NCBI GenBank assembly: GCA_036558065.1
Contig: DATBGG010000035.1
Location: 1 to 55,360 of the forward strand
Reading direction: 5' to 3'
From: Gaiellaceae bacterium
GTDB lineage: Bacteria; Actinomycetota; Thermoleophilia; Gaiellales; Gaiellaceae
Length of the DNA stretch: 55,360 bases
Positions 1 through 9,155 of this stretch are shown here, one piece after another. Under the pieces are notes generated by a model. It ran no database searches. It was not told the DNA's origin and was given only the letters and a program-made list of their open reading frames with translations. The position numbers and the translations under genes were made by a program. Within the stretch, counting starts at the first letter, position 1, and each line of letters opens with the position of its first letter.

Positions 1-13
1 GAAACTTGGCGGC

Positions 14-1345
14 ATGAGCACGATTACGCAGCCCGAGCTCGAGTTCGAAGAGCTGCGTCCACCGCTCGGAGACACGGAGGCCGTGGTCGAGGCCGACCGC
101 TGTCTCGAGTGCGGCGGGCCCCACGCCCCCGCTCCCTGCGCTCTCGCCTGCCCGGCCGAGGTCGACGTGCCCGGGTTCATCGTTCAGATCGCCGAAGGAA
201 ACCCCGGAGCGGCCGCCTCCACGATCTTCGAGGAGAACATCCTCGGAGGGACGTGCGCGCGCGTCTGCCCGGTCGAAGTCCTGTGCGAGGCCGCCTGCGT
301 GCTCGACCGCGAAGGCCGTCGGCCGATCGCGATCGGCGCGCTGCAGCGCTACGCGACCGATCGGTTCTTCGAGCACGGCACGGCGATCCGCGCGAAGGCG
401 GCGCCGAACGGCCGCCGAGTCGTCGTGATCGGCGCGGGGCCGTCCGGGCTCACCTGTGCAGCGGAGCTCGCCGCGCGTGGCTACGCCGTCACCGTCTTCG
501 ACGAGCGCGAGGAAATCGGCGGGCTCGTCCGCTACGCGATCGCTCCCTACCGCCAGGTTCGCGATCCCCTTCCCGACGAGGAGCGCGCCCTCACCGAGCT
601 CGGGGTCGAGCTTCGGCTCGGAACGAGGGTCGAGAGCCGGGAGCAGCTCCAGGCGCTGGCCGACGGCGCGGACGCGGTGTTCCTCGGAGTCGGTCTCGGC
701 GCGGACACCAAGATTTCGTACCCGGGCGACGACCTGCACGGCGTGTGGGAGTCGCTTCCCTTCATCGAGGCGATCAAGACCGGGCGGGCGCCGCGCGTCG
801 GGCGCCGGGTGGTTGTGATCGGAGGCGGTAACACCGCGATCGACGTCGCGCGCGAGGCGGTCCGGCTCGGCGCGGACGACGTGACGATCCTCTACCGGCG
901 CACCGAGAGCGAGATGCCCGCCTACCCGCACGAGATCGACGAGGCGCGCGAAGAGGGCGTCGGGTTCCGCTTCCTCGCGGCTCCGGTCGCGTTTCTCGGA
1001 GAGTCGCTCCTCGTCGAGGTGGAATGCCTGGAGATGGAGCTCGGCGAGCCGGACGACTCGGGGCGCCGCCGGCCCGTCCCACGCGACGGCTCCAGGTTCA
1101 CGATGCCGGCCGACACGGCCGTCAAGGCGATCGGCCAGGAGGCCCGCTCGGAGCTGGCCGCCTGGGTCGACGGGCTCGAGCTCGACCGGGGCAAGGTCGA
1201 GGTCGACGAGGACGGCCGGAGCGGCAATCGCAAGTTCTTCTGCGGCGGAGACGCGGTCAACGGCGGCGCGAGCGTCGTCGAAGCGGTACGCGACGGAAAG
1301 CGCGCGGCGCAGGCGATCGACCGGGAGCTCTCATGCCCGAGCTGA
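14..1345 (+). CDS. GltD/PreT-like NAD(P)H:FAD oxidoreductase with N-terminal Fe-S cysteine clusters (glutamate synthase small-subunit family)
   Basis: 443-aa ORF. Cys-rich N-terminus (CLECGG...CALACP; GGTCARVCPVEVLCEAAC). Two dinucleotide folds (VVVIGAGPSGL, VVVIGGGNTAID). Overlaps the next gene by 13 nt. Confidence 0.85.
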   Translation: MSTITQPELEFEELRPPLGDTEAVVEADRCLECGGPHAPAPCALACPAEVDVPGFIVQIAEGNPGAAASTIFEENILGGTCARVCPVEVLCEAACVLDREGRRPIAIGALQRYATDRFFEHGTAIRAKAAPNGRRVVVIGAGPSGLTCAAELAARGYAVTVFDEREEIGGLVRYAIAPYRQVRDPLPDEERALTELGVELRLGTRVESREQLQALADGADAVFLGVGLGADTKISYPGDDLHGVWESLPFIEAIKTGRAPRVGRRVVVIGGGNTAIDVAREAVRLGADDVTILYRRTESEMPAYPHEIDEAREEGVGFRFLAAPVAFLGESLLVEVECLEMELGEPDDSGRRRPVPRDGSRFTMPADTAVKAIGQEARSELAAWVDGLELDRGKVEVDEDGRSGNRKFFCGGDAVNGGASVVEAVRDGKRAAQAIDRELSCPS

Positions 1346-1869
1346 CCGAGATCCGCTGGCATGCGCGCGCCGGCCAGGGCGCGAAGACCGCCTCGCAGCT
1401 GCTCGCACTGGCCCTCCTTCGCTCCGGCCGGAACGCCCAGGCCTTCCCGGAGTACGGGCCCGAGCGCAGAGGCGCGCCGTTGCGCGCCTACACACGCGTC
1501 TCCGACCAGCCGATCCGGCGCCACGACGCGATCGAGCATCCCGACGTCGTCGTCGTGCTCGAGCCATCGCTCGTCGGCGAGTCGGGCGTGAGCGAAGGGC
1601 TCGACTCCGAGAGCGTCGTCCTTCTGAACGCGGACACAGCGCCGGCCGAGCTCGCCGCGCGGCGCGTCCATTGCGTTCCCGCCTCGCGGATCGCGGCCCG
1701 GCAAGGCTCGAGCTTCGGCAACATCGTCATGGTCGGAGCGGTCGCCGCAGCGATCGGCGAGCCGCCGCTTCAAGAAGTGCAGGAGGCTGCTGTCGAGCTG
1801 CTCGGCAGGAAGCTGCCGCCCGCGTCAGTCCGGGAGGCCGTCGCGGAGGGCTACCGATGCCTGAGCTGA
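1333..1869 (+). CDS. porC: 2-oxoacid (pyruvate):ferredoxin oxidoreductase gamma subunit
   Basis: ATG at 1333 inside a longer ORF-track frame. 178 aa starting MPELTEIRWHARAGQGAKTASQLLA, typical of the OFOR gamma subunit. 13-nt overlaps on both sides. Confidence 0.85.
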   Translation: MPELTEIRWHARAGQGAKTASQLLALALLRSGRNAQAFPEYGPERRGAPLRAYTRVSDQPIRRHDAIEHPDVVVVLEPSLVGESGVSEGLDSESVVLLNADTAPAELAARRVHCVPASRIAARQGSSFGNIVMVGAVAAAIGEPPLQEVQEAAVELLGRKLPPASVREAVAEGYRCLS

Positions 1870-2147
1870 GCGGCTGGAACGAGCTGCCGGTAGGCGGCGT
1901 CGTCGTCCCGGACGAGTCGTCACGCCCGCGAACCGGGGGTTGGCGAACGGGCGTCAAGCCTGAGGTCGACCTCTCGAAGTGCGTGAACTGCCTGCTCTGC
2001 TGGCTCTACTGCCCGGACTCGGCCGTCGAGCTCGACGGGACGACGTTCACCGGATTCGACCTCACCTATTGCAAGGGCTGCGAAATCTGCGCCGAGGTCT
2101 GCCCCGTCGACGCCGTGACCATGGTCCCCGAGGAGGCCGCGTCATGA
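1857..2147 (+). CDS. porD: 2-oxoacid:ferredoxin oxidoreductase delta subunit (2x[4Fe-4S] ferredoxin-like)
   Basis: 96 aa from ATG 1857. Two CxxCxxCxxxCP motifs (CVNCLLCWLYCP, CKGCEICAEVCP). Confidence 0.85.
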   Translation: MPELSGWNELPVGGVVVPDESSRPRTGGWRTGVKPEVDLSKCVNCLLCWLYCPDSAVELDGTTFTGFDLTYCKGCEICAEVCPVDAVTMVPEEAAS

Positions 2148-3304
2148 TCGAGACGCCGCTGAGGCTGATGACGGGCGGCGAGGCTGTCGCCGAAGCGATG
2201 CGACAGATCGACCCGGACGTCGTCCCCGTCTATCCGATCACGCCGCAGACCCCGATCATCCAGGGCTTCGCGAAATTCGTCGCAGAAGGCAGGGCGCACG
2301 CGGAGCTCGTCAACGTCGAGTCCGAGCACTCCGCGATGAGCGCCGCGATCGGCGCCGCGCTCGCCGGCGGCCGGACGATGACCGCCACGTCCTCGCAGGG
2401 CCTGGCGCTGATGGCCGAGGTCGTCTACATCGCCGCGAGCATGCGCGCCCCGATCGTGATGGCGGTCGGCAACCGGGCGCTCTCCGGGCCGATCAACATC
2501 CACTGCGACCACTCGGACTCGATGCTCGTTCGCGACTCGGGCGTCGTCCAGCTCTTCGCCGAGAACGCGCAGGAAGCGTACGACCTGACGGTGATCGCGC
2601 CGCGGCTCGCCGAGCACCCCGACGTGCTCCTGCCGGTGCTCGTCTGCCAGGACGGCTTCACGATCACGCACTCCGCCGAGCCGGTCTCGCTGCTCGAGGA
2701 CGACGAAGTCTCCCGGTTCGTCGGCGGCTACGACCTGCCTCGACGCATGCTCGACACGCAGTCTCCGACGACCCAGGGGCCGTTCGCGATGCCGGACTAC
2801 TACTTCGAGCTGCGCCGCCAGCAGACGCGCGCGCTCGAGCTCGCGCTCGACGTCTTCGCCGAGCTCGCCATGGAGTACGAGGAGCTGTCGGGCCGCGCCT
2901 ACGGCCCCCTTGACGCGTATCGGGTCGACGGCGCGGACCGCGCGATCGTGTCGCTCGGCTCGTCGGGCGGAACGATCAAGGACGTGGTCGACGAGCTGCG
3001 GGACGAGGGCGAGGCGACCGGACTGCTCGAGATCGTCTCGTTCCGGCCGTTCCCACACGAGCGGGTGGCCGCCCTGCTCCAGGACGCTAGCTCCGTGATC
3101 GTGCTCGACCGCGCTGATTCCCCGGGTGGAGCCGCGCCGCTCTACGCCGAGGTGGCCGCGGCACTCCACGACACCGGTGTCGCGCTCACCGGGCACGTCT
3201 ACGGCCTGGGCGGCCGCGACCTGCACCCCGAGGATGTCCGCCGAATCTTTGCGGGCCACGCCGAGCGCTACGTCGGTCTGCGAGGTGAGCCGTGTCCCGT
3301 CTGA
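2144..3304 (+). CDS. porA: 2-oxoacid:ferredoxin oxidoreductase alpha subunit
   Basis: 386 aa from ATG 2144 (ATGA overlap with the porD stop). Contains VYPITPQTPI and NVESEHSAMSA, typical of OFOR alpha. Confidence 0.9.
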   Translation: MIETPLRLMTGGEAVAEAMRQIDPDVVPVYPITPQTPIIQGFAKFVAEGRAHAELVNVESEHSAMSAAIGAALAGGRTMTATSSQGLALMAEVVYIAASMRAPIVMAVGNRALSGPINIHCDHSDSMLVRDSGVVQLFAENAQEAYDLTVIAPRLAEHPDVLLPVLVCQDGFTITHSAEPVSLLEDDEVSRFVGGYDLPRRMLDTQSPTTQGPFAMPDYYFELRRQQTRALELALDVFAELAMEYEELSGRAYGPLDAYRVDGADRAIVSLGSSGGTIKDVVDELRDEGEATGLLEIVSFRPFPHERVAALLQDASSVIVLDRADSPGGAAPLYAEVAAALHDTGVALTGHVYGLGGRDLHPEDVRRIFAGHAERYVGLRGEPCPV

Positions 3305-4239
3305 AGACACTCGTCCGCAACGAAGCCGGCGTGCCGCCGCTCGCCGGAGGGCACGCCCTCTGCCAGGGCTGCGGCGTCCCGCTCGTCGTGCGCACGGTGC
3401 TGAACACGTTCACGCGGCCGGTGGTCGTCGTGAACGCGACGGGATGCCTCGAGGTCGCCACGACGCGCTACCCCGCGACTGCGTGGAACGTCCCCTGGCT
3501 GCACGTCGCCTTCGAGAACGCGGCGGCGGTCGCGAGCGGTGTCGAGAGTGCCCAGCGCGCACTGCGCAAGCGGCACGCGCTTCCGGCCGACGAGGAGGTC
3601 GCGATCGTCGTGTTCGCCGGCGACGGCGGCACCTACGACATCGGGCTCCAGGCGCTCTCGGGAGCGCTCGAGCGCGGCCACCGGTTCCTCTTCGTCTGCT
3701 ACGACAACGAGGCCTACATGAACACCGGCATCCAGCGCTCCGGCGCGACGCCCTTCGCAGCCGCAACGACCACGAGCCCGGCCGGCGACGCGAGCTTCGG
3801 CAAGGCCCAGCAACGCAAGGACATGACCGCGGTCGCGGTCGCACACCACGTGCCCTACGCGGCGCAGGCCGCCGCGTCGCACTGGCACGACCTGAGCGTC
3901 AAGGTCGAGCGGGCCGCGGCCGCCGACGGCCCCGCCTTCCTGAACGTGCTCACGGACTGCCCGGTGGGCTGGGGCCACGAGCCGCGCCTGTCCCTTCGAG
4001 TCCTGAACGCCGCGGTCGACAGCCTCTTCTGGCCTCTGTACGAGGTCGTCGACGGCCGCTATCGCCTGACCTATCAACCGGACGCCGTCGTTCCGATCGA
4101 GGACTGGCTCCGCCCGCAGAAGCGCTTTGCGCACCTGCTCGGCCCCGAGCGCCGCGGGCTCGTCGAGGAGATCCAGCGACGCGTCGACGCGGACTGGGAA
4201 GACCTGCTCCGCCGCTGCCAAGGAGGTGATCCGACGTGA
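3292..4239 (+). CDS. porB: 2-oxoacid:ferredoxin oxidoreductase beta subunit (TPP-binding)
   Basis: 315 aa, GTG start. CQGCG near the N-terminus and a TPP motif (FAGDGGTYDIG...CYDNEAYMNTG). Confidence 0.9.
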   Translation: MSRLKTLVRNEAGVPPLAGGHALCQGCGVPLVVRTVLNTFTRPVVVVNATGCLEVATTRYPATAWNVPWLHVAFENAAAVASGVESAQRALRKRHALPADEEVAIVVFAGDGGTYDIGLQALSGALERGHRFLFVCYDNEAYMNTGIQRSGATPFAAATTTSPAGDASFGKAQQRKDMTAVAVAHHVPYAAQAAASHWHDLSVKVERAAAADGPAFLNVLTDCPVGWGHEPRLSLRVLNAAVDSLFWPLYEVVDGRYRLTYQPDAVVPIEDWLRPQKRFAHLLGPERRGLVEEIQRRVDADWEDLLRRCQGGDPT

Positions 4240-4445
4240 CCCGAACGCTGGTCGTCACCTGCCCGGTTCCCTGCGACGACCTCGCCAGGCTCGAGCTGAA
4301 CCCGCTCGACCACACGATCGAGGTCGTCGGCCCGGGCGGCTTCCGGCACGATCTCGAGCTGCCACTCGACGCCGACATGTCCCATCTGCACGTCGAGGTG
4401 TACCGGGGCGTCCTGGAAGTCCGCGCGCCGCGACGAGCTACGTAG
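4236..4445 (+). CDS. Small (69 aa) protein, possibly a minimal alpha-crystallin/Hsp20-like beta-sandwich
   Basis: GTG start in a GTGA overlap with the porB stop. AGGAGG at 4221-4226, 9 nt upstream. Very high GC3. C-terminal HVEVYRGVLEVRAP resembles the last strand of ACD proteins. Confidence 0.5.
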   Translation: MTRTLVVTCPVPCDDLARLELNPLDHTIEVVGPGGFRHDLELPLDADMSHLHVEVYRGVLEVRAPRRAT

Positions 4446-5241
4446 AGAGGTCGCGGCGGGAGAAGAGCCAGGGGGCGAGCGCCGTCGCGGCGACCGCGAT
4501 CGCGAGGAGCACCGCCAGGTGACCCGGCGCGAGGCCGTGCCGGAGCGGGTCTCCGGCAGCGTAGTAGTAGAAGGGCGAGAGCTTCTGCGGCCCCTCGAGC
4601 GCGTGAACGAGCGGCGCGAGACCGTTGACGAGGTACGCCGCGACCCCGAGCGCGGCCGTCACGCCGATCGTCAGGCTCCGCCGCCCGCTCGCAGCGCCGA
4701 CGAGCACCGCGATCGCGCCGTATGCGATCGCGAGGAGGACCGCTGCGAGCGTCGCCGCCGCCAGGTGCCCTGCCGAGACGTCCATGCCCACCGTCAGCGC
4801 CCCGATCTCCAGCGCCAGCCACAGCACGAGCCCGAGGCCGGCGATCTCGATCGCGAGCGCCAGCGACTTCTCGAGCACGACGCGGGCTCGCGACACCGGG
4901 TTCGCGAGGAGCATCTCGAGCGTCCCGCGCTCCTCCTCCCCGGCGATCGTCCCGGCTCCCGTGGCGATCGCCGCGACGAGGAAGAGGAGCGGCACCATCA
5001 GCGAGAAGAGCTCGATCCCGAGGAACCCGGCCGCGGAGGCGTAGTCGACCTGGCCGCCGAAGGCGATGAACGCCTGGAGCGCCCTCGGGTAGTCCTCGGC
5101 CAGCCGCTTCAGCGCAGGGTTCGAGTGCACGGTCGGATACACGGAGACGATCAGCGCCACGAAGCCCGCGAGCCCGAGGCTCCACCAGAGGAACCCTCTC
5201 CGCACGTCCCGCAGGCTCTTCAGCGCGACGTTACGGAGCAT
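4438..5241 (-). CDS. ABC-2 type transporter permease
   Basis: Start taken at MLRNVALKSL (ATG 5241), overlapping the ATPase stop by 11 nt. Multi-TM protein typical of ABC-2 permeases. Confidence 0.75.
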   Translation of the reverse strand: MLRNVALKSLRDVRRGFLWWSLGLAGFVALIVSVYPTVHSNPALKRLAEDYPRALQAFIAFGGQVDYASAAGFLGIELFSLMVPLLFLVAAIATGAGTIAGEEERGTLEMLLANPVSRARVVLEKSLALAIEIAGLGLVLWLALEIGALTVGMDVSAGHLAAATLAAVLLAIAYGAIAVLVGAASGRRSLTIGVTAALGVAAYLVNGLAPLVHALEGPQKLSPFYYYAAGDPLRHGLAPGHLAVLLAIAVAATALAPWLFSRRDLST

Positions 5242-6130
5242 CCGCGCCAGCCCCTCGGTAAAGCGCCATGAAGACGTCCTCCAGGTCTGCCTCGTGCACG
5301 TCGAGCGCACGCACGTGAAAGCGCGCGAGCGTCTTGAGCAGCGGGTCGATCTCGCCTTCGAGCGACAGGCGGACGACGTCGCCGTGGCGGTCCAGCTCGT
5401 TCACGCCCGGGACCCCCGCGAAGGCGTCACGCGGAGGGGGCTCGGCGAAGGTCGCCTCGACGTGCGTGAACGAGCGGGCGCGCAGGTTCTCGACCGTGTC
5501 GACGAGGTCGAGGCGGCCCTCGCGGATCAGTCCGACCCGGTCTGCCACGTGTTGCACTTCGGAGAGGACGTGGGAGGAGAGGAAGACGGTTCCGCCGCGC
5601 CCCGTCGCCTCGGCGACCAGCTCGTAGAAGGTCTCCTGGACGAGCGGGTCGAGCCCGCTCGTGGGCTCGTCGAGCACGAGCAGGTCCGGGTCGTGCATGA
5701 AGGCCTGGACCAGGCCGATCTTCTGCCGGTTGCCGCGCGAGAGCTCCTTGACCCGGCGGTCGAGGTCGAGGTCGAGGCGCCGCGCCAGCTCGTCGCCCTT
5801 GCCTCGGGCACTGCGCAGGTGAGCGAAGAACTCGAGCAGCTCACGGCCCGTCATCCGCTCGTACAGGCGAAGGTCGCCCGGCAGGTAGCCGAGACGGCGC
5901 CGGATGGCCACGCTGTCGCGCCGGGAGTCGAGGCCGAACACGCTCAACCGGCCGCTCGTGGGGCGGATCAGGTCGAGGACCAGGCGAATCGTCGTCGTCT
6001 TGCCGGCGCCGTTCGGCCCGAGGAAGCCGAACACCTCTCCGGTCTCGACCGAGAAGTCGACGTCGACGATGCCGCGGTTCTGTCCGTAGCTCTTCGTCAG
6101 CTGCTCGGCGCGGATGACCTCCGCCACCAA
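5231..6130 (-). CDS. ABC transporter ATP-binding protein
   Basis: Walker A GPNGAGKTT, signature LSRGNRQK, Walker B LLVLDEPTSGLD. TTG/GTG start at 6130/6127. Confidence 0.9.
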   Translation of the reverse strand: MVAEVIRAEQLTKSYGQNRGIVDVDFSVETGEVFGFLGPNGAGKTTTIRLVLDLIRPTSGRLSVFGLDSRRDSVAIRRRLGYLPGDLRLYERMTGRELLEFFAHLRSARGKGDELARRLDLDLDRRVKELSRGNRQKIGLVQAFMHDPDLLVLDEPTSGLDPLVQETFYELVAEATGRGGTVFLSSHVLSEVQHVADRVGLIREGRLDLVDTVENLRARSFTHVEATFAEPPPRDAFAGVPGVNELDRHGDVVRLSLEGEIDPLLKTLARFHVRALDVHEADLEDVFMALYRGAGADAP

Positions 6131-6148
6131 GACAGCATCACACGATCG

Positions 6149-7231
6149 TCATGCAGCCGCGGCCACCTCCAGCCTCAACCCGCCCATCGCGGCCGGCTGG
6201 TTCGAGGCGAGCGCCGCGACGAGCTTCCCTCCGCGCGCCCGATAACGCGCGATGAACGACTCGTGCGTGCCCTCGAGCTCGACCTCGTCCGCATGGGTCG
6301 TGTCGCCGACGAGCTGCAGCCGTAGCCCGAACTGGTCGGACCAGAAGAACGGCGGCTGCTCCGGGAGCGGATCGAGCTCGAGGATCCTCCTCGCCACACC
6401 GACCGCTTCGGCCGCGGCACCGGTCCAGTGACCCCGGCTGCCCGCGTTGTCGCCGCACGCGTAGATCGGCGGCTCGACCTCGGCGCCGAGCTCGTGGGCC
6501 GGTTGCACACCGACGGCGACGAGGACGACGTCCGACTCGACGACGCCGCCGTCCGCGAGCTGGACACCCTGCACGCGGCCGCCGGGCAGCGAGCGGAAAG
6601 CCGCCGCGGCCGTCTCCGTCTTGATGTCGACGCCGTGGTCGATATACCGCTCGGCGAGCCTGGCCCCGAGCTCGGGCCCGAGCGCCCGCTCGAAGGGCGC
6701 AGAGCCGGCCTCGAGGAGCGTCACGTCGACTCCGAGCTTGCTGGCAGTCGACGCGACCTCGGCGCCGACGAACCCGCCGCCGACGATCGCGAGCCGCACG
6801 CCCGGAAGAAGCTCTCGCCGAAGCGCATACGCGTCGGCGAGCGTCCGCAGCACGTGCACTCCGGACGGCGTGTCGAACGGAAGCCGGCGTGCGCGGGCGC
6901 CGGTGGCAAGCACGAGCGCGTCCCAGCGGAGGACCCGGCCGGAGCTCGTCGTCGCGGTCTGCCGCTCACGGTCGACCGAGGCGACCCGCTGGCCGAGGAG
7001 GAGCTCGATCTGTTGCTCCGTCCAGAAGGAGCCGGGCCGCAGGAAGAGCTTCGATGCGCTCTTCTCTCCTGACAGGAACTCCTTCGAGAGCGCCGGACGC
7101 TCGTAAGGAGCGAACGGCTCCTCGCCGACGAGGACGAGCTCGCCGTCGTAGCCCTCCGCGCGGAGCGTCTCGGCGCAGCGGGCGCCGGCGAGGCCGGCGC
7201 CCACGACGAGGATGGAGCGCGGCTCGCTCAT
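6149..7231 (-). CDS. FAD-dependent NAD(P)H:ferredoxin reductase (putidaredoxin/rhodocoxin reductase type)
   Basis: 360 aa. ILVVGAGLAGARCAETLR and LAIVGGGFVGAEVA dinucleotide folds. ATGA overlap with the ferredoxin stop. Confidence 0.85.
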   Translation of the reverse strand: MSEPRSILVVGAGLAGARCAETLRAEGYDGELVLVGEEPFAPYERPALSKEFLSGEKSASKLFLRPGSFWTEQQIELLLGQRVASVDRERQTATTSSGRVLRWDALVLATGARARRLPFDTPSGVHVLRTLADAYALRRELLPGVRLAIVGGGFVGAEVASTASKLGVDVTLLEAGSAPFERALGPELGARLAERYIDHGVDIKTETAAAAFRSLPGGRVQGVQLADGGVVESDVVLVAVGVQPAHELGAEVEPPIYACGDNAGSRGHWTGAAAEAVGVARRILELDPLPEQPPFFWSDQFGLRLQLVGDTTHADEVELEGTHESFIARYRARGGKLVAALASNQPAAMGGLRLEVAAAA

Positions 7232-7425
7232 GCCGCTTCCTCCTCGACGATCAGGATCGCGGCCATGGGGCAGGCCGCGGCAGCATCGAGCACTGCGGGG
7301 TCGTCGGACGTGCCGACGCGAGCTGTGGCGTTGCCGCTCTCGTCGAGCTCGATGACGTCCGGAGCAAGCTCGGCACAGGCGCCGAAGCCGCTACACAGCG
7401 ACCGGTCGATCTGGATTCGGTACAC
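7228..7425 (-). CDS. Small single-cluster ferredoxin
   Basis: 65 aa from GTG 7425, preceded by AAGGAGG. YRIQIDRSLCSGFGACAELAP...ACPMAAI is typical of actinobacterial 3Fe/4Fe ferredoxins. Confidence 0.8.
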   Translation of the reverse strand: MYRIQIDRSLCSGFGACAELAPDVIELDESGNATARVGTSDDPAVLDAAAACPMAAILIVEEEAA

Positions 7426-7978
7426 GGTTTCCTCCTTGTTTCGGGGTTGGTCGAACGGGACGGTTGAGCGCGCGCCAGGCGGTCGCGAAGACGACCGCGC
7501 CGACGGCGCCGACGTACAGCGAGAAAACCCACGGCGTCGGCGTGTCGGTGCCGGCCGCAAGGCCGTGGAGCGTGGCCAGCCCGAAGATGGCGTAGGTCGC
7601 CCAGTGCAACTTGCGCCACGCTTTCATCCCGATCCGCTTGCGCAGCGGGAACGAGAGGATGACGAGCATCATCAGGTCGAGGGCGAGCACCCCGAGCGCG
7701 GTCCACAACGGCCGATACGGCGCAAGCCCGGGGACCAGGAGCGCGGTGGGGCTGATCCGGACCGTCGAGTCGAGCACGAGCGTCATGCCGTGGAGCGCGA
7801 CGGCGCCGAGACCGAGGGTGGCGAGAAAGCGGTGCGTGTCGGTGACAGCGCCGGCGCTGAGCGCCCGGCCGAACGGGCGCGCCTTGAGGACGAGCCCGGC
7901 GAGCACCGAGAGCGTCAGCAGGAAGTACGCGGTGAGACCGCTGGCGCGCGCGAGGATCCAGAAGGTCGGGTCTCTCAT
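7391..7978 (-). CDS. Ferric-reductase-domain (MsrQ/YedZ/NOX-like) heme b membrane protein
   Basis: 195 aa, about 6 TM segments. His pairs H-x13-H (HRFLATLGLGAVALH) and H-x12-H (HWATYAIFGLATLH). ATGA overlap with the ApbE stop. Confidence 0.75.
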   Translation of the reverse strand: MRDPTFWILARASGLTAYFLLTLSVLAGLVLKARPFGRALSAGAVTDTHRFLATLGLGAVALHGMTLVLDSTVRISPTALLVPGLAPYRPLWTALGVLALDLMMLVILSFPLRKRIGMKAWRKLHWATYAIFGLATLHGLAAGTDTPTPWVFSLYVGAVGAVVFATAWRALNRPVRPTPKQGGNRVPNPDRPVAV

Positions 7979-8823
7979 GCGAGGCCTCCCACCAGGCGCG
8001 TCCGGCCGTCGGCCGTAACGAGGACGCCCGGCAGCCCACGCATGTCGGCTTCGAGAGCGGCTTCCTCCTCGCCGGCGATGTAGAGCGCCTTCGCCCAGAC
8101 CTCCGCCTCGACCGCGTTGGAGGCGACGACCGTGACCCGGAGCAGGTCGCTCGGCGAGGGAGAGCCCGTCGCCGGGTCGATGAGATGGTGAAGCTCCTTC
8201 CCGTTGCGCCGCCAGCGCCGGCGGTCGCGGCCGGAGGTAGCGAGACCGCCATCCGTCAGCTCGAGGGTCAGGTCGCCGCCGGGCCTCTCGACTCCGACGG
8301 GCCAGGTTCCGCCCTTGACGGCGACGTCCCCGCCCGCGTTGACGAGCGCCGGCCCTGCTGCCGACAGGAGATCTGCGGCACGGGCCGCCGCGTATCCCTT
8401 GCCGATCCCGCCGAGATCGAGGCGCACGCCCGGATCGAGCTCGATGCGGGAGCCCTCGATCCGGACCGCGCCGCCGCAGACGGAGCCGACGATGACAGCG
8501 GTGCCGTCCTGGGGAAGCTCGTCGAAGGACCGGTCGTAGCCGGCCCCGACCACTGCGTCGTGGACGGTCGGGTCGAAGCGGCCGTCGGTGCGCGCGCGCG
8601 CGGCGAGGGCGAGCTCGACCACCTCGCGCAGCTCGGGGCCGGTCTCGAGCGACCCCGCCTCGTTCAGGCGGGACAGCTCGGACCGGGGCCGGAAGCGGGT
8701 GAGGATCGCCTCGAGCCGGTGGAACTCGCTCTCAGCGGCCGCGAGGGCCTCATCCGCTCCAATCGCGTCCACGAGCAGCTCGATCTCCGTGCCCATCGCC
8801 CGGAAGCGCCGCGACTCGATCAC
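7975..8823 (-). CDS. apbE: ApbE-family FAD:protein FMN transferase
   Basis: RAMGTEIELLV, SELSRLN, GGIGKGYAA and HHLIDPATG motifs. Start taken at GTG 8823 (GTGA overlap with the upstream stop). No evident signal peptide. Confidence 0.85.
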   Translation of the reverse strand: MIESRRFRAMGTEIELLVDAIGADEALAAAESEFHRLEAILTRFRPRSELSRLNEAGSLETGPELREVVELALAARARTDGRFDPTVHDAVVGAGYDRSFDELPQDGTAVIVGSVCGGAVRIEGSRIELDPGVRLDLGGIGKGYAAARAADLLSAAGPALVNAGGDVAVKGGTWPVGVERPGGDLTLELTDGGLATSGRDRRRWRRNGKELHHLIDPATGSPSPSDLLRVTVVASNAVEAEVWAKALYIAGEEEAALEADMRGLPGVLVTADGRTRLVGGLA

Positions 8824-9155
8824 GACGTCCTCGTCGTGGTCAGCGGCGGCAGGTTCACGACGCGTACCGGCGGGGCGGCGGCGATCGCCTGGGCCTGGGC
8901 CTGCTTGGCCGCGGCGATCCGCGACTGCCGCTTGCGGAGCTGGGCGCGGTAGACGGCCCAGCGGTGCTTGACGAGCCGCTGGACGGCGGCGCTCTCGACC
9001 CGCAGCCGCTGCTCGCGCTTCGCCAGCGCGACCAGGCGCGAATCCTGGGCCGACGGGCTCGCTGCCCAAGGTCGTGCTCCGATCGCGACCCACATCAGGA
9101 AGAAGACGAAGAGGCCGGCGGCGATCGAGTAGAGGCGGCCGACGTGGTTAGTCAT
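8820..9155 (-). CDS. Hypothetical membrane-anchored coiled-coil protein
   Basis: 111 aa from ATG 9155, with GGAGGTG upstream. One N-terminal TM segment (LYSIAAGLFVFFLMWVAIG), then an Arg/Gln-rich helix and a Pro-rich tail. Confidence 0.6.
   Translation of the reverse strand: MTNHVGRLYSIAAGLFVFFLMWVAIGARPWAASPSAQDSRLVALAKREQRLRVESAAVQRLVKHRWAVYRAQLRKRQSRIAAAKQAQAQAIAAAPPVRVVNLPPLTTTRTS

Noticed and set aside
2066-3310. Other long antisense or alternative-frame ORFs, e.g. 2066-3310(-), 3126-4229(+), 3950-5185(-), 25535-27040(-), 26884-28770(-), 42159-43826(-), 52029-53459(-) and 52211-53836(+).
   Set aside because: All overlap genes that have clear family motifs. All have Arg/Pro/Gly/Ala-biased, repetitive translations typical of off-frame GC-rich DNA. 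None has an SD-plus-start arrangement that I could see.
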